IMG/VR virus record: IMGVR_UViG_3300046170_000369
Location: 1 to 62,031 of that record
Origin: a virus
Taxonomy: Duplodnaviria; Caudoviricetes
Strand: one strand, 5' to 3'
Length of the DNA stretch: 62,031 nt
Below, one piece after another: positions 17,222 through 28,000 of this stretch (its first letter is position 1; the number at the start of each line of letters is the position of its first letter). Made by a program: the position numbers and the translations under genes. Under the pieces are notes generated by a model. The model was given only the letters and a program-made list of their open reading frames with translations. It was not told the DNA's origin and did no database searches.

Positions 17222-17397
17222 TTCTTCTTGGACTTGTTCCCCCAGTTCTTAGCTCCCTTCTTACGACACTGTACTAAAGCTCCAGAAGCATATGCACTAG
17301 GCCATTTCTTATAGCGGGACTTTACCTTGCTATAACAAGCATCTTTTTTAGCACCTTTCTTAGCGCTTTTTTTGGAGCTTTTTCCTTTTCTTGGCAT
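17218..17397 (-). CDS. Small basic protein with WPSAYASG motif (59 aa, not in ORF track)
   Basis: MPRKGKSS...DACYSKVKSRYKKWPSAYASGALVQCRKKG; ATGA overlap with the downstream gene. Confidence 0.7.
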   Translation of the reverse strand: MPRKGKSSKKSAKKGAKKDACYSKVKSRYKKWPSAYASGALVQCRKKGAKNWGNKSKKK

Positions 17398-17472
17398 TTT
17401 TTAAATGTGGGTTAAGTTTCATCTGTGTGCGGTGTGCAGCTTTTTGACAGCAACACATTGCTTTCCCTTTAT

Positions 17473-17667
17473 TCATCGCATACCCCTTCTCCTTGGCATT
17501 CTACCCTTCATATTCTGCATGGCTTCCATGCGACCAAGTTGCCTGACTCCTTTGCGTACATCACCGCCACCAAGCTGTTGAGCTTTTTGCATCTTTACGC
17601 ATCCTCTTTGGCAAAGCCTGCCTCCTTGTGGGCATGCTCCTAATCCTGCTTTACATTTATAGTTCAT
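17473..17667 (-). CDS. Small Cys-containing hypothetical protein
   Basis: 64 aa; preceded by the palindromic motif at 17672-17695. Confidence 0.55.
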   Translation of the reverse strand: MNYKCKAGLGACPQGGRLCQRGCVKMQKAQQLGGGDVRKGVRQLGRMEAMQNMKGRMPRRRGMR

Positions 17668-17696
17668 TATAATAATTCTAGTTTATTAGGTTACAC

Positions 17697-18107
17697 CTAG
17701 CAAATTAATTCCCATCCGTGTCTGTACTTCTCCCACTTTGCTTTACTCATGGGGTTCGGAAATAACTTGATTGTTAAATTTCTACCTATTTTCTCCTTTG
17801 GTATTATGTACCAGTAGGACTCTCCATCTCCTACCACTAAGGCTGCAAGTATATCGTATGCTTTCTCTGCATAGTGATTCTTCTCCGAGGTCTTTGACCC
17901 CATAGCTGTGCTAATATTGTAACCTGTCTTACTTCTTCTGGAAGAAGTTCCTTTTACCTGTACCTTATATAGCCTCCTCCCATTGTCTATAATTACATCG
18001 TAGGGAAGGTAGTCACCTTCTGCTTCACTCACATGCAATCCTCTTTTCATCGCTTCTACTTTAAACATACTCTCATATAATGTGCCTGCGTGCTTGTGTA
18101 TGCTCAT
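17697..18107 (-). CDS. PD-(D/E)XK endonuclease
   Basis: E...PYDVIIDNG...KVQVKG motif. Confidence 0.8.
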   Translation of the reverse strand: MSIHKHAGTLYESMFKVEAMKRGLHVSEAEGDYLPYDVIIDNGRRLYKVQVKGTSSRRSKTGYNISTAMGSKTSEKNHYAEKAYDILAALVVGDGESYWYIIPKEKIGRNLTIKLFPNPMSKAKWEKYRHGWELIC

Positions 18108-21100
18108 AATAAAGCTTGTCTCCTTAGATCGTCTATTTGGACTCTCTTGGTTCTGCTCTCTCCCTTTGGCTTTCCTCCTATGAGTTGTAGATAATAGGAA
18201 TGTTTTAGTAACGCATCTTCGATGTCATTTCTGTCCTCGGGGTCAAGAACTGATAATAGTTTAATCCAATCAGAATCACCCAATGTGTATTTACTTACTC
18301 CGTTCCTTAAGTTTCTTCTTTTAAATCTATCTGCGACATCTTTCTTAGGATCGGCATCGTCGGATAGTTGCAACGCTAACCGATATGCTTCCAAGAAGCT
18401 GTCCCTGTCTCCCACATATGCAGACCTTTCCATTTCCCGTATCGCTATGGACATAGCGTTGGGTCGATAAGATAGTCCTCCCCCAACCTTCTGCGTCTCA
18501 ATACCAATAGCTTTGGTGATTGCCCGCAACTTGTTACGCTGATTCAGAACATTGGTAACCTTGTATTCTGAACTGAATAATGGAAAGTCTTCTGTGCCTA
18601 GTAAGTTATTTGAGTACTGGGCGAATTGTATGACATTGTTCATGCCCACAATGTTCATCAGTGGTCTGATGACTGAGGAATACTCAGGTGTAAATGTATC
18701 AGCCGAACGAGTGTCGATTGCACTCAGGTAGTTCAGGAACACATCACTCAAGTTACTAGCCATACTTACTAGCATAATACGATTAGTAATGTCCCGTTGG
18801 AATGATTCACCTGTAGCTCCAAGCAATGCATTAGTTGCAGCCTCCTGATATATACCACCAAACGATGATGTCCTGCCGAGTCTCTCTATCAAGCTAAGAG
18901 TCCTGAAGGCTGGATCGTTTATTGCAAACAATAAGCCGAATGGTAAGTATGCTTCAGGTGGAACATAGCCAAGACCTGGGTCTTTACCAAGAACCTCCTC
19001 GTCATATAACTCACTACCACGCATAACAAACAATGAGATAGGTACACCAACTGACAATGCAGATAGTGCAAAGACTCCAAATGCTCGGTAAGTATCTATG
19101 TTGCTAGGATCAACTGCATCTCTGCTATCACCACGGAATTTTCGGTTGGCATGAGCAGCCATACTGGTAGACCATCCAAGAAGTGGGCTGGCGTAGATAC
19201 CGCCCTTGGTGTCAAGAATCCTAGCCTTAGCACTTGTCCCATCAAATGTGATTTGGGTACTTGCTATATGTGCAGCAACCAACTTGTTCTTATCAAGAAT
19301 AGGATCAGCACTGAGGTCGCCCTTTCTTCTCCTTCTGAAGTCCTGTGCAAGCTTGGTAATCGAAAGACCAAAGTTGGCAAGCTCACGATCAATACGATCA
19401 TTCACTTCTTTACTATCTCTGAGACTCATGCCCAAGAAGTTATTGGAGTATTCCATGTTCTCAGAACTCAACTCATAGCCATTGTCTTCTGGGTCAACCC
19501 CTAGTTGGTCAAGGGTATGTGCTGCCCCCTCAACTCTTCTCTTCAGGTCAGCCAATACTTCAAGTGTGGTATGCTTGAGCGTAGCATTACTTAACCATGA
19601 GAAAAGGTTAGAGAACCCAGGGATTAAAGAGAAGGTCGATAGTGAACCAGGAGCAGTCGTTAGAGTACCCTCTTCCGCAAGTTTCTCTCTTCCTGGCTCG
19701 CCATTTAAGATCATGTTGATTACCCGATTGTTTACGCCTGGGATTTTAAGACCGCTCTGTAGAGCCGTGCGTAGCATTCTTGTGAACTTACGCATTGAGG
19801 AGGTTTTGGTATTTTCACCTAGCACACCCTTTGCTCCAGCATCACTAAATCTATCTGATGTGGCTGTCTCTAATGATGTCCATAGTGGAGCAAGTGCTTC
19901 CTCTCCATACTGTTTCTTACCTGCGGAGAACATATTCTTGCCAAAGCCCTGCATGATTGTGTCAAGTGCTTCAACTGGCATTCTTTTCAGAACATTAAAT
20001 GCAGCTTTGAAGCCAGCAGGCTGTAAATCATACAGCTGAAAAATTTGATATATGGAAGCCAAGTTCATTATAGCAGACTTGGGATTCGCTACTAACATAC
20101 TAGAGATAGTCTGTAGTGTTTCAACTGCTGCCCTCTCATCAGAAAGCACAGAACCCTGACTCTTCGCATATGCAGCAAAGGCGGGCTTCATCTTCTGTGC
20201 TTCTTTTAATGCATAGATTTTTGTGTAAAGGCTCTTGAGCTTTTCATACTCATCAGAAGTTATTTTCTTTCGTAAGGCACGAGGTAGTCCAAACTTCTTG
20301 GTCGCCTGAATATTAAAGAAGTTCCTGCTATCTAAGTTGCGCTCATTGTCATCACGATCTGCCCATGGGTATGGTTCATCTGTTATCTTCCTGTAGATTA
20401 CATCCCATTCAGCTTCTAGCTCTCTCTCCTTATTCAACAACTCTTTATAGGCAGCATCGAGCTTCTCCTGATTTCTGCCAAAGTGATGAGCCATGAGCAT
20501 CTTGGCTACCATCTGCCTCATGTCGATTTCTGTCATCATGCTGTATGTGAAGAAATGACTAGGTAGTGATACACTTTCGTCCCGTGAGTTTAAAGAGTTC
20601 CAGACCTCTGACTTGTATATAATAGCATTTGGGTTTTCCTTACTCCCTGCTGTTTTCGATTCGTACTCGTCATACTTCTTGACTATCGCATTCGCACGAC
20701 GGTTTATTTGTGTCAGAAAGTCTAATCCGTTCTTTACGAAATCTTTCTTGGATACATTATCGGGCATCAGTTCGGCTATCGTCTGATAAATTCTAGCACC
20801 CACATCTCCACCCTCAGAATTATTCCAAGCTTCCGAAACCTCATCCATAGACACAAGCCTCTCACCCATCATCCACCCAAGGTTACGTGGGTTGCTATAG
20901 TCATTAAGGGTAGGCTCAAGAAAGAAAAGTTCTACATCACTTGACAATTTCCATGCTGATAACTCTGCCTGAAAAGAGTTTCTATCGTAGTCCTCCTCAT
21001 ACAAAGGATCATTTTTATCTGTCTTCTCTTTAATGCTAGTAACTATCTGATTAAAGATATTAGTCTTTTCATTATTCCTTGTTAAAGCACGACTAGCATC

Positions 21101-24100
21101 CCTGAGGTTTTGCATCATCAGCATTCTAGGAAGAGTCAATGCACCCATTGGGATTTGGCCTCTATAGAGTGTTCTTTTCTGAAGCAGAGGATCCATTATT
21201 TTTATGCTATCCTCAATGGGCAGATTAAATTCTTTGGCTGTCTTCTGGATCAGGTTGTTGGCTACCTGTATTTCCTGTACAAGCTCCATCCATCTCTTCT
21301 TTGCCTTCGCATCATCGTTATGAATCTTAAATCTTTGCTTTTTAAGAGTAGACCAAAAGTCCTCTGCCAGCGAATTAAGGTCATCAATCTTGGGTTGCCC
21401 CTCGACATATGCCATGAATGGATTAAATAGATACTGCTGGATTTGCTCGAGCGAAAGTTTTTTACCTGCACCATTCCGTAACTCAGCCTGTAGGTTGTAC
21501 CATGCCCTACTTACTGAGTGTCCCTGCCTCACTGCATTTGATCCATACTGCCTAAGCTCTGTATTCAGGCGGTTAATCATTGTGGAAATCATCAAGGCTT
21601 CCTCATCACCTGCACGGGAAACAACCTGCGAGAATGATTCAAGGTATGAAAATGCTGTACCTGTAAATGTGGCATCATAGGATTTAGCCAAGCCTTGTTC
21701 AATCAATGCATAGGTTCTGGCAAAAGCATCTCGATGAGCATCCGATATCTTATACTTGGGATTCTCAAGGATAGCCTTCATCCTGTTTGCTTTCTGCACA
21801 AACTCAGTGTAGCCCTTCCCTGAAACCATGTACTTAACTTTTATTGGTACAATGTTTCCTTCCTTATCCAGGTCGAGCATATCAACCATGTCCCCCACGG
21901 CTACCTCTGGAGTAATCACAGAACCAAGGTAGTCTTCGATCTGCATAGACCTCTCATTATACTTCTCAATGAGATGCTTGCCTAGTGGCATCAATTGTGT
22001 CTGCTTGGCAATCTTCTGATTAAGAGCGGTCATCTGTTTGCGAACCTGCTTAACCTCATCTATCTGCTTACCAAGGATTCCTGTGGTGGACACATCCTTC
22101 CAGTCATCTGATATTGCTGCCTGTCTGAGAGCTTCAACTTCCAGCTTCAATGCACGGGTTGGTGCATTCTTGGATAGTCTCATCTCAATAGAAAATGCAG
22201 ACCTAGCTTTATTCTTGGTGTCCTTGTGTAGCATCTCAGCAAGTAAGGCACGAACAACATTATCCTGTCTCTCGCCAGTTAGCCCCTCAAACATATCAGC
22301 CGACGATACCTGTCCCTCAAGAGCATCATATATCTCCTGTCTCGACATCTGCTCTGGAGCCATACCCCCTTCGATTATTGCCTGAAGTACCTCGTACACT
22401 TTATTAGCACGGAGGTTATCAATGAACTCTCCCTTATTGTAATCAGGCATACCCGCAAGATTGTTGTATCGGGTGTTATTGATTAAGCTCTTCAGCTTCT
22501 TTTCTACAAGCTTCTTAACCTTATCAGGGTCATATCTCTTTCCTGATGCTAAGTCCTCAAGTCTCTTCTTGTTCTTCGCCAGCTCTTCCTCCGACTCCTT
22601 CACAATCTTGTCGGTCTTCTGCATCTGTCTGGTAATTAAATCTTTTGATCCTTCGATTAGCTCCAAGGTTCTTCTGGCTACACGCATCCGCTCTGCGGTG
22701 GTTGCAAACTTGCCAATCGAATCAATTGGCTCTGCACCTTCCTGATCAAGCATCTTGGACAACGCCTGCTCCCTGTCTGCAGTTCGTGCCATGCTTTCCC
22801 CTTTCTTGAGCTTTTTCTTAGCAGCTTTTAGAGCGAGATTAAGGATACCAACCTTAGTAACAGACAGTCTGTTCTTTAAAAGGTTCTCGGTAATTTCATT
22901 CTGTAGCTCTTCAGGAAGTGTGGATGTCGCCTCCGTTAGTACCTTCATTAACTCAGCCAACGCTGCATATTCCTTCTGCAAGTTTTGCTCGACCTCACTC
23001 CTACTTGGGGTGTGAGAGTACATCTCAGAGTTGAGGGAAATCTTGCGGTACACATGTGAATTAGATACATCCGTTACATCCCTTCGCCTATTATAAAGAA
23101 CACTACTAGGGTTCTCCAAAGCATTATTTATGTTACGAACAAGGGCTTTTATAAAATCCCTCTGACCACGCGGCGAGGAGAGTTCCTCTTCAGGCATTCC
23201 ACGATAGATAGTTTCTCCGTCGAAGGGAGATTTTATCGCCAGTGCTCCACCTACCCTTTTGACTTCTTGAGATAAATCTTCGGTTGGCTCGAAGGCTTCA
23301 TCTCGTTTAAAAGTGAAGCCTAGCCGTTTAGACATTTCTATAGCATCCTCAAAAAGAGTTGCCTCTCGGGAGGATGGTTTACCCCTAGCTAGGTATTGCA
23401 CAAAAGCCTTTAATGTAGCTATCCTGTCCTGTTGTTTTAGTGTTAATAATCCTGTGTACGGAGAGTCGTTGTACTCCTCTGCACCTTCGTCGATTTTCTT
23501 TCTAGCCTCTCTTGCTTCCATCGAAAGCTGTAGGGAGCTTTTCTTAGATTTCTGAGGCGAAGGTTGATTTGGCCCAAGGTAATTTAAATCTGTAATCGCA
23601 GGCTTTTTCTGACCTTCTATTTGGATTTTAATCTTAAGATTGTTGTCTGAGAGGGTGGATTCATTAATATACGCACCATCTAATTTTCCATGATCAGGGT
23701 GAATTACTTCGAGAACTGTAGCTTCATCGCTTTTATCATCACCTTCCCACCAATAGCCCATCTCTTCCCATATTTTTCTTTTTTCCTCTAGCGTAGAGTT
23801 TGCCCAATTAGCTCTCTGTGTATCGTTAGGTCTTCGTCCTGTATGGTTCTTGAAGTAGTCACTATATAGATCATCCATCTCCCGCTCTGTTAGCGGAGGC
23901 TCGTAAAAGTAGAGTACTTTATCTCTTTTTTGAATTTTAGTTTCTGCCTCTAGATCACCATTTCCAAAAAGCACAGCAAAAGGTTGAGATTCCGTTTGTC
24001 CTGTCGGAGTAGAATTATTGATGTAATTATCTAAGATATAATTAACCATCTCACCTGTGGTGCGAGTAGCATGTTCTTGAATGCTTTCTCTACTTCCCAC

Positions 24101-25075
24101 CTTAGAGGCATCTGGACGCACCAATAGCTGTATAGCTTTTTCGTCAAGCGCACCTTTTTTGCTCTTAGCGTATGCTATTTTCTCTGATCCTGTGGCACTT
24201 TCAGGCACTTGAGTTAAGAGTGTCAATCCAAGTACATCCTTAATCTCTTTCTTTAAATCCTTTGGAAATATTACAGCCTTACTATCCTTATACCTATTTA
24301 GGTTTTTAACTAGATTATCGAGTTTCTCTTGCTGTACCTTACCCTCAAAGTATTCCCCGTCTTCCAGTATCGCTCTGCCCTCTTCATCAACTCCTTCCAA
24401 GCTCTGTAGGGATTCCGATTTACCTAACAGACTCTTCTTAAACTTCCTGTATTTATTCCACTGGCTATCTGAGATTTTATCAGACCCAAGCGTTGGGCGA
24501 GAAATGCCAAGCTGTGCTCGGATAGCATTAGCTAGTCGATCAACATCACCTTCCTTATTTAAGCCTAGTCCTCCTGCTAAGGTCAGGGCTGTGCCTGAAA
24601 TCATATCAGACTGATCATTATCAATTGTTGTTCTTGATAAATAACTACGGGCAATTGTTTGGAAGTCTCGATTCGCTACTGCTTCTTTTGGTATTCTGTA
24701 AAATTCCTGATATGTGGGTGCTCTCCAATCATCTTCCTCTACAGGGTCAGGGTCTTTGTTCTCACTCTTACCTTCCCAAAAATCAAAGAACTGCTGAGAT
24801 GCCAGTATTGGCTGACTCTCCAGTGAACTCATAAGGAATATATGATTCTCACCACTAATTTTATTTGAGTCCTTAAAGAATGTCTTCAGGTGGTCATCCA
24901 TCATCTCTAGGATTGATGCCTCTGGGATGCCTGTAAATATACGGGAAAGTATTCTGCGGAAGAAGTCCCCTACCCTTTGGAGGGTTGTTCGGTATCTAGG
25001 CACGGAAACTCTTTGGGTAACTTGAGGTTTTCTATCTCTGCACGGAAGTTGGCGTCTATTGCATAGCTTGCCCAC
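18104..25075 (-). CDS. Giant internal virion/ejection protein, C-terminal part (frameshifted from upstream ORF near 25005)
   Basis: 2323 aa, largely helical; sits at the end of the structural module. Confidence 0.7.
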   Translation of the reverse strand: MGKLCNRRQLPCRDRKPQVTQRVSVPRYRTTLQRVGDFFRRILSRIFTGIPEASILEMMDDHLKTFFKDSNKISGENHIFLMSSLESQPILASQQFFDFWEGKSENKDPDPVEEDDWRAPTYQEFYRIPKEAVANRDFQTIARSYLSRTTIDNDQSDMISGTALTLAGGLGLNKEGDVDRLANAIRAQLGISRPTLGSDKISDSQWNKYRKFKKSLLGKSESLQSLEGVDEEGRAILEDGEYFEGKVQQEKLDNLVKNLNRYKDSKAVIFPKDLKKEIKDVLGLTLLTQVPESATGSEKIAYAKSKKGALDEKAIQLLVRPDASKVGSRESIQEHATRTTGEMVNYILDNYINNSTPTGQTESQPFAVLFGNGDLEAETKIQKRDKVLYFYEPPLTEREMDDLYSDYFKNHTGRRPNDTQRANWANSTLEEKRKIWEEMGYWWEGDDKSDEATVLEVIHPDHGKLDGAYINESTLSDNNLKIKIQIEGQKKPAITDLNYLGPNQPSPQKSKKSSLQLSMEAREARKKIDEGAEEYNDSPYTGLLTLKQQDRIATLKAFVQYLARGKPSSREATLFEDAIEMSKRLGFTFKRDEAFEPTEDLSQEVKRVGGALAIKSPFDGETIYRGMPEEELSSPRGQRDFIKALVRNINNALENPSSVLYNRRRDVTDVSNSHVYRKISLNSEMYSHTPSRSEVEQNLQKEYAALAELMKVLTEATSTLPEELQNEITENLLKNRLSVTKVGILNLALKAAKKKLKKGESMARTADREQALSKMLDQEGAEPIDSIGKFATTAERMRVARRTLELIEGSKDLITRQMQKTDKIVKESEEELAKNKKRLEDLASGKRYDPDKVKKLVEKKLKSLINNTRYNNLAGMPDYNKGEFIDNLRANKVYEVLQAIIEGGMAPEQMSRQEIYDALEGQVSSADMFEGLTGERQDNVVRALLAEMLHKDTKNKARSAFSIEMRLSKNAPTRALKLEVEALRQAAISDDWKDVSTTGILGKQIDEVKQVRKQMTALNQKIAKQTQLMPLGKHLIEKYNERSMQIEDYLGSVITPEVAVGDMVDMLDLDKEGNIVPIKVKYMVSGKGYTEFVQKANRMKAILENPKYKISDAHRDAFARTYALIEQGLAKSYDATFTGTAFSYLESFSQVVSRAGDEEALMISTMINRLNTELRQYGSNAVRQGHSVSRAWYNLQAELRNGAGKKLSLEQIQQYLFNPFMAYVEGQPKIDDLNSLAEDFWSTLKKQRFKIHNDDAKAKKRWMELVQEIQVANNLIQKTAKEFNLPIEDSIKIMDPLLQKRTLYRGQIPMGALTLPRMLMMQNLRDASRALTRNNEKTNIFNQIVTSIKEKTDKNDPLYEEDYDRNSFQAELSAWKLSSDVELFFLEPTLNDYSNPRNLGWMMGERLVSMDEVSEAWNNSEGGDVGARIYQTIAELMPDNVSKKDFVKNGLDFLTQINRRANAIVKKYDEYESKTAGSKENPNAIIYKSEVWNSLNSRDESVSLPSHFFTYSMMTEIDMRQMVAKMLMAHHFGRNQEKLDAAYKELLNKERELEAEWDVIYRKITDEPYPWADRDDNERNLDSRNFFNIQATKKFGLPRALRKKITSDEYEKLKSLYTKIYALKEAQKMKPAFAAYAKSQGSVLSDERAAVETLQTISSMLVANPKSAIMNLASIYQIFQLYDLQPAGFKAAFNVLKRMPVEALDTIMQGFGKNMFSAGKKQYGEEALAPLWTSLETATSDRFSDAGAKGVLGENTKTSSMRKFTRMLRTALQSGLKIPGVNNRVINMILNGEPGREKLAEEGTLTTAPGSLSTFSLIPGFSNLFSWLSNATLKHTTLEVLADLKRRVEGAAHTLDQLGVDPEDNGYELSSENMEYSNNFLGMSLRDSKEVNDRIDRELANFGLSITKLAQDFRRRRKGDLSADPILDKNKLVAAHIASTQITFDGTSAKARILDTKGGIYASPLLGWSTSMAAHANRKFRGDSRDAVDPSNIDTYRAFGVFALSALSVGVPISLFVMRGSELYDEEVLGKDPGLGYVPPEAYLPFGLLFAINDPAFRTLSLIERLGRTSSFGGIYQEAATNALLGATGESFQRDITNRIMLVSMASNLSDVFLNYLSAIDTRSADTFTPEYSSVIRPLMNIVGMNNVIQFAQYSNNLLGTEDFPLFSSEYKVTNVLNQRNKLRAITKAIGIETQKVGGGLSYRPNAMSIAIREMERSAYVGDRDSFLEAYRLALQLSDDADPKKDVADRFKRRNLRNGVSKYTLGDSDWIKLLSVLDPEDRNDIEDALLKHSYYLQLIGGKPKGESRTKRVQIDDLRRQALL

Positions 25076-28000
25076 ATCTCCTGCTCACTAGTTAATATCT
25101 CAGAGTACTTGCCTTCTTTGGCGTACTTCTCTCTAAGGAAGTCAAAGATAGCTCCTGATGATTTACTTAAGTACTCAAAGTCTTTTATGCTTAACTTACC
25201 TTTGTAGTGGCTTGGTAGGAATCCATTCCTTCTGTAGTTATGTAGGGCATCTATGGTTGTGTACAATACGGCATGCTGAAGCTCTTCCGCTAGCACCCTG
25301 ATCATGTGCTGGAGTCTTTCGGCTTCTGTCATTTCTGTTCCGTCAGACTTAACATAACCATAATAGTTACCCATCATGATGTGTGGGTCTTCTTCCCCGC
25401 CCCTAGATAGAGGACTATACTGCCCGTACCTTGTAGGCACAGGTTGCCCCGCACGCTCTTTCTCAATACGAATCTGCTCAGTAACAGCCGCCCATTGCTC
25501 GTCAGTTGCCCATACTACATCAACATTATTAAGTTGCTTACGGAGTGGCTGTAGCATCTCCAGTACCCTTGCGGTACTCTCATCATCTACCAATTTGATT
25601 GCACGGACTAATGCATCGTATCCCTTAATTACTTTTCCTGGTTCTGCACCCTGTAGGAATTGTGTGCGGATGCGGTCACTCTCCTGTGCTGCGACTTCAG
25701 GATTTGGTTCACGCTCAGCACCTACCCTTTGTGAAGCAGTGACAATACCACTACCCCCACCCATATCACTACTGCCATCGTACACCCCAGCATCAAGAAC
25801 TCCTTCTTCTTTCTGCTCATCAACCTTATCGGTTACATACTCGTATACATTTCTGCCTGTTGCATCCTCTAAATCGCTTCTCCAATTTTCTAAAAACTTA
25901 GCATCGCCCTGAGAAAGTATTGTGCCCACTGCTAGTGGAGCATGCCCCACTTCTTCCTGCATATCCAGAAGAGTATTCGCTAGACTTTCATTGCTACTAG
26001 AAAGAATGTCCTCAGACCTTAAAGTCGATATCTCGTATCCATGCCCTGCATGAAATGTGTCCTCCCAAGTACTAAGCTCGGCCTTTACCCTGGATATATC
26101 TAGCTCAGTGGATTGACTTATATTTATTAAGCCCAATTGAGCAGCAGCCGATCGTACAGCGTCCTTGTTAATTCCACCACCGACAGCTTTTGCTGGCTCA
26201 TTAGGGTCATAGTTTTTCTCAAAGCTCTCCCTGAATGATGGATCATTAATTAGCCTATCAAGAATACCCTCAGAAAACTCTTTTGTTTTTTGGATCTTCT
26301 CCTCAACCAATCGCTTACTTTCCTCTAAGTCCTGTATCTCTTTATCTATATCGATCTGCTCCTGAAATACTAAATCACCCTCATTCAAAAGATTCACATC
26401 CGCTATATTATCAGCGTTCTGAATTATCTTTCTATTGTCTTCCCTTAATCCCTCGATTCGGTCATTTAGACTTTTAAGAACATCACTATAGCTTTTGCCT
26501 AAGCTTTCATCCTCAGTGCCGTCGACTGTTTCATTTATCTCTTCCTGAATCTCAGCCTTTAGTTCTTCAGTAATATCAGCAGGATTAACACGCTCTGTGT
26601 TATCAGAATCAAAAAAGTACCAGTAAAGAATGTCTAGTATATCCTGATGCAATGCACCTTCTTGATCTTTAACATTAAGTAGGTTCCTCAACTCGACAGC
26701 CTGCCTGACCTTTTCAGCCATAACCAACATCTCTTCCAGGGTAGGCAATGGAGGTATTCCACCATTCTCCATGAAGAAATTATAGATCGCACCCTCTTCA
26801 GTTATATCTAACTTATAAAGCTCAGGTAGTTTATTTCCGTACTGCTTGATCAAGCGGTCTTTTATTTCGTCAGGTATACTACCATCTTCAAAAAGTATAT
26901 TCCTTAGCGTCTTATATCCATAGGACTTGAACTCACTCCACCAATACGGAAGGTTAGAGTTAGGATTCTTATCTTTGGTTGCAATACCCTGGCTTGTTTT
27001 CTTTCCACCAAAAAGTTTCTTAAGGAAAGGATTATTACCCTCCTTACCATTATACATATGCTCCTCATAATCCGCACCGAGGTTGAGCTTTCCGCCATTC
27101 TTTGCACGCTTGCGAGCAGCCCAGAGTTGTTCAAATTGGGAAAGCTCTCTTATGCGAACCTGACCGCCCTGCTCTAATCCTTGAGTAAGGTAATCAAGAT
27201 ATGCCGATAGCTCAGGAAATTCAGCATATTTATTCTCAGCCAGCTTTTGCTGAATAAAACTTTTAATCTCATATATTCTTCTCTCAGCAAACTTTGCTAT
27301 ATCTGCTTTAGCTGCTTCTCTTTGGTCAGGCGGAAAATAAAGGTGAGCATATGGATTGTAACCTTCACTATCTGTAAGCTCCTCATTCTCAGGATCATTA
27401 TCGAATCTATATTTAGGATGACCATTCTCTACAGCTTTTACATTCTGCTCACGAACTGCGTCCATGAAGCTCTGCATGGTTGCGAAGTTTGAGTTAGCAG
27501 TAAAAAAGTTTTCACTCTCCAGAAGACCAACTACCTTAAAGGTTGCATCGCCCTCAAGCTGTACACCATCTCCATTATCTACAAAAGGACTACCCTCGTT
27601 TTGCCCTATAGTTGAAAAGCTACTCGATATATCACTTGGGTTAGGCTTTGTGAATGGATTAAATTTTCCACTGTTTCTATTTGAGGATTTATGGATAACG
27701 AGATTGTAGTTATCGAAACCGAAATGATTCTTTTCTTTCAGCTTCTTTATTTCCTCCCTTTTCTTGCCTTCTTTCTTTTTCTTGCTCTTATAGTAGATTG
27801 ATCGTACTGCGACCCGACCATAATGATCGACTACAACTATTGCTTTTTTTGAATACCCGTTTGCGTTACTTGTACCAATCAAGCCAAGCTCCTTGACCTG
27901 CTCTAGTACATCATCACCTGTAACTGGTATAAGTTCGCTCTCCAAGTACTCCTTCGGCGACATGTTTGAGCCACCGGAACTTGTTATACTAAATTGAACA

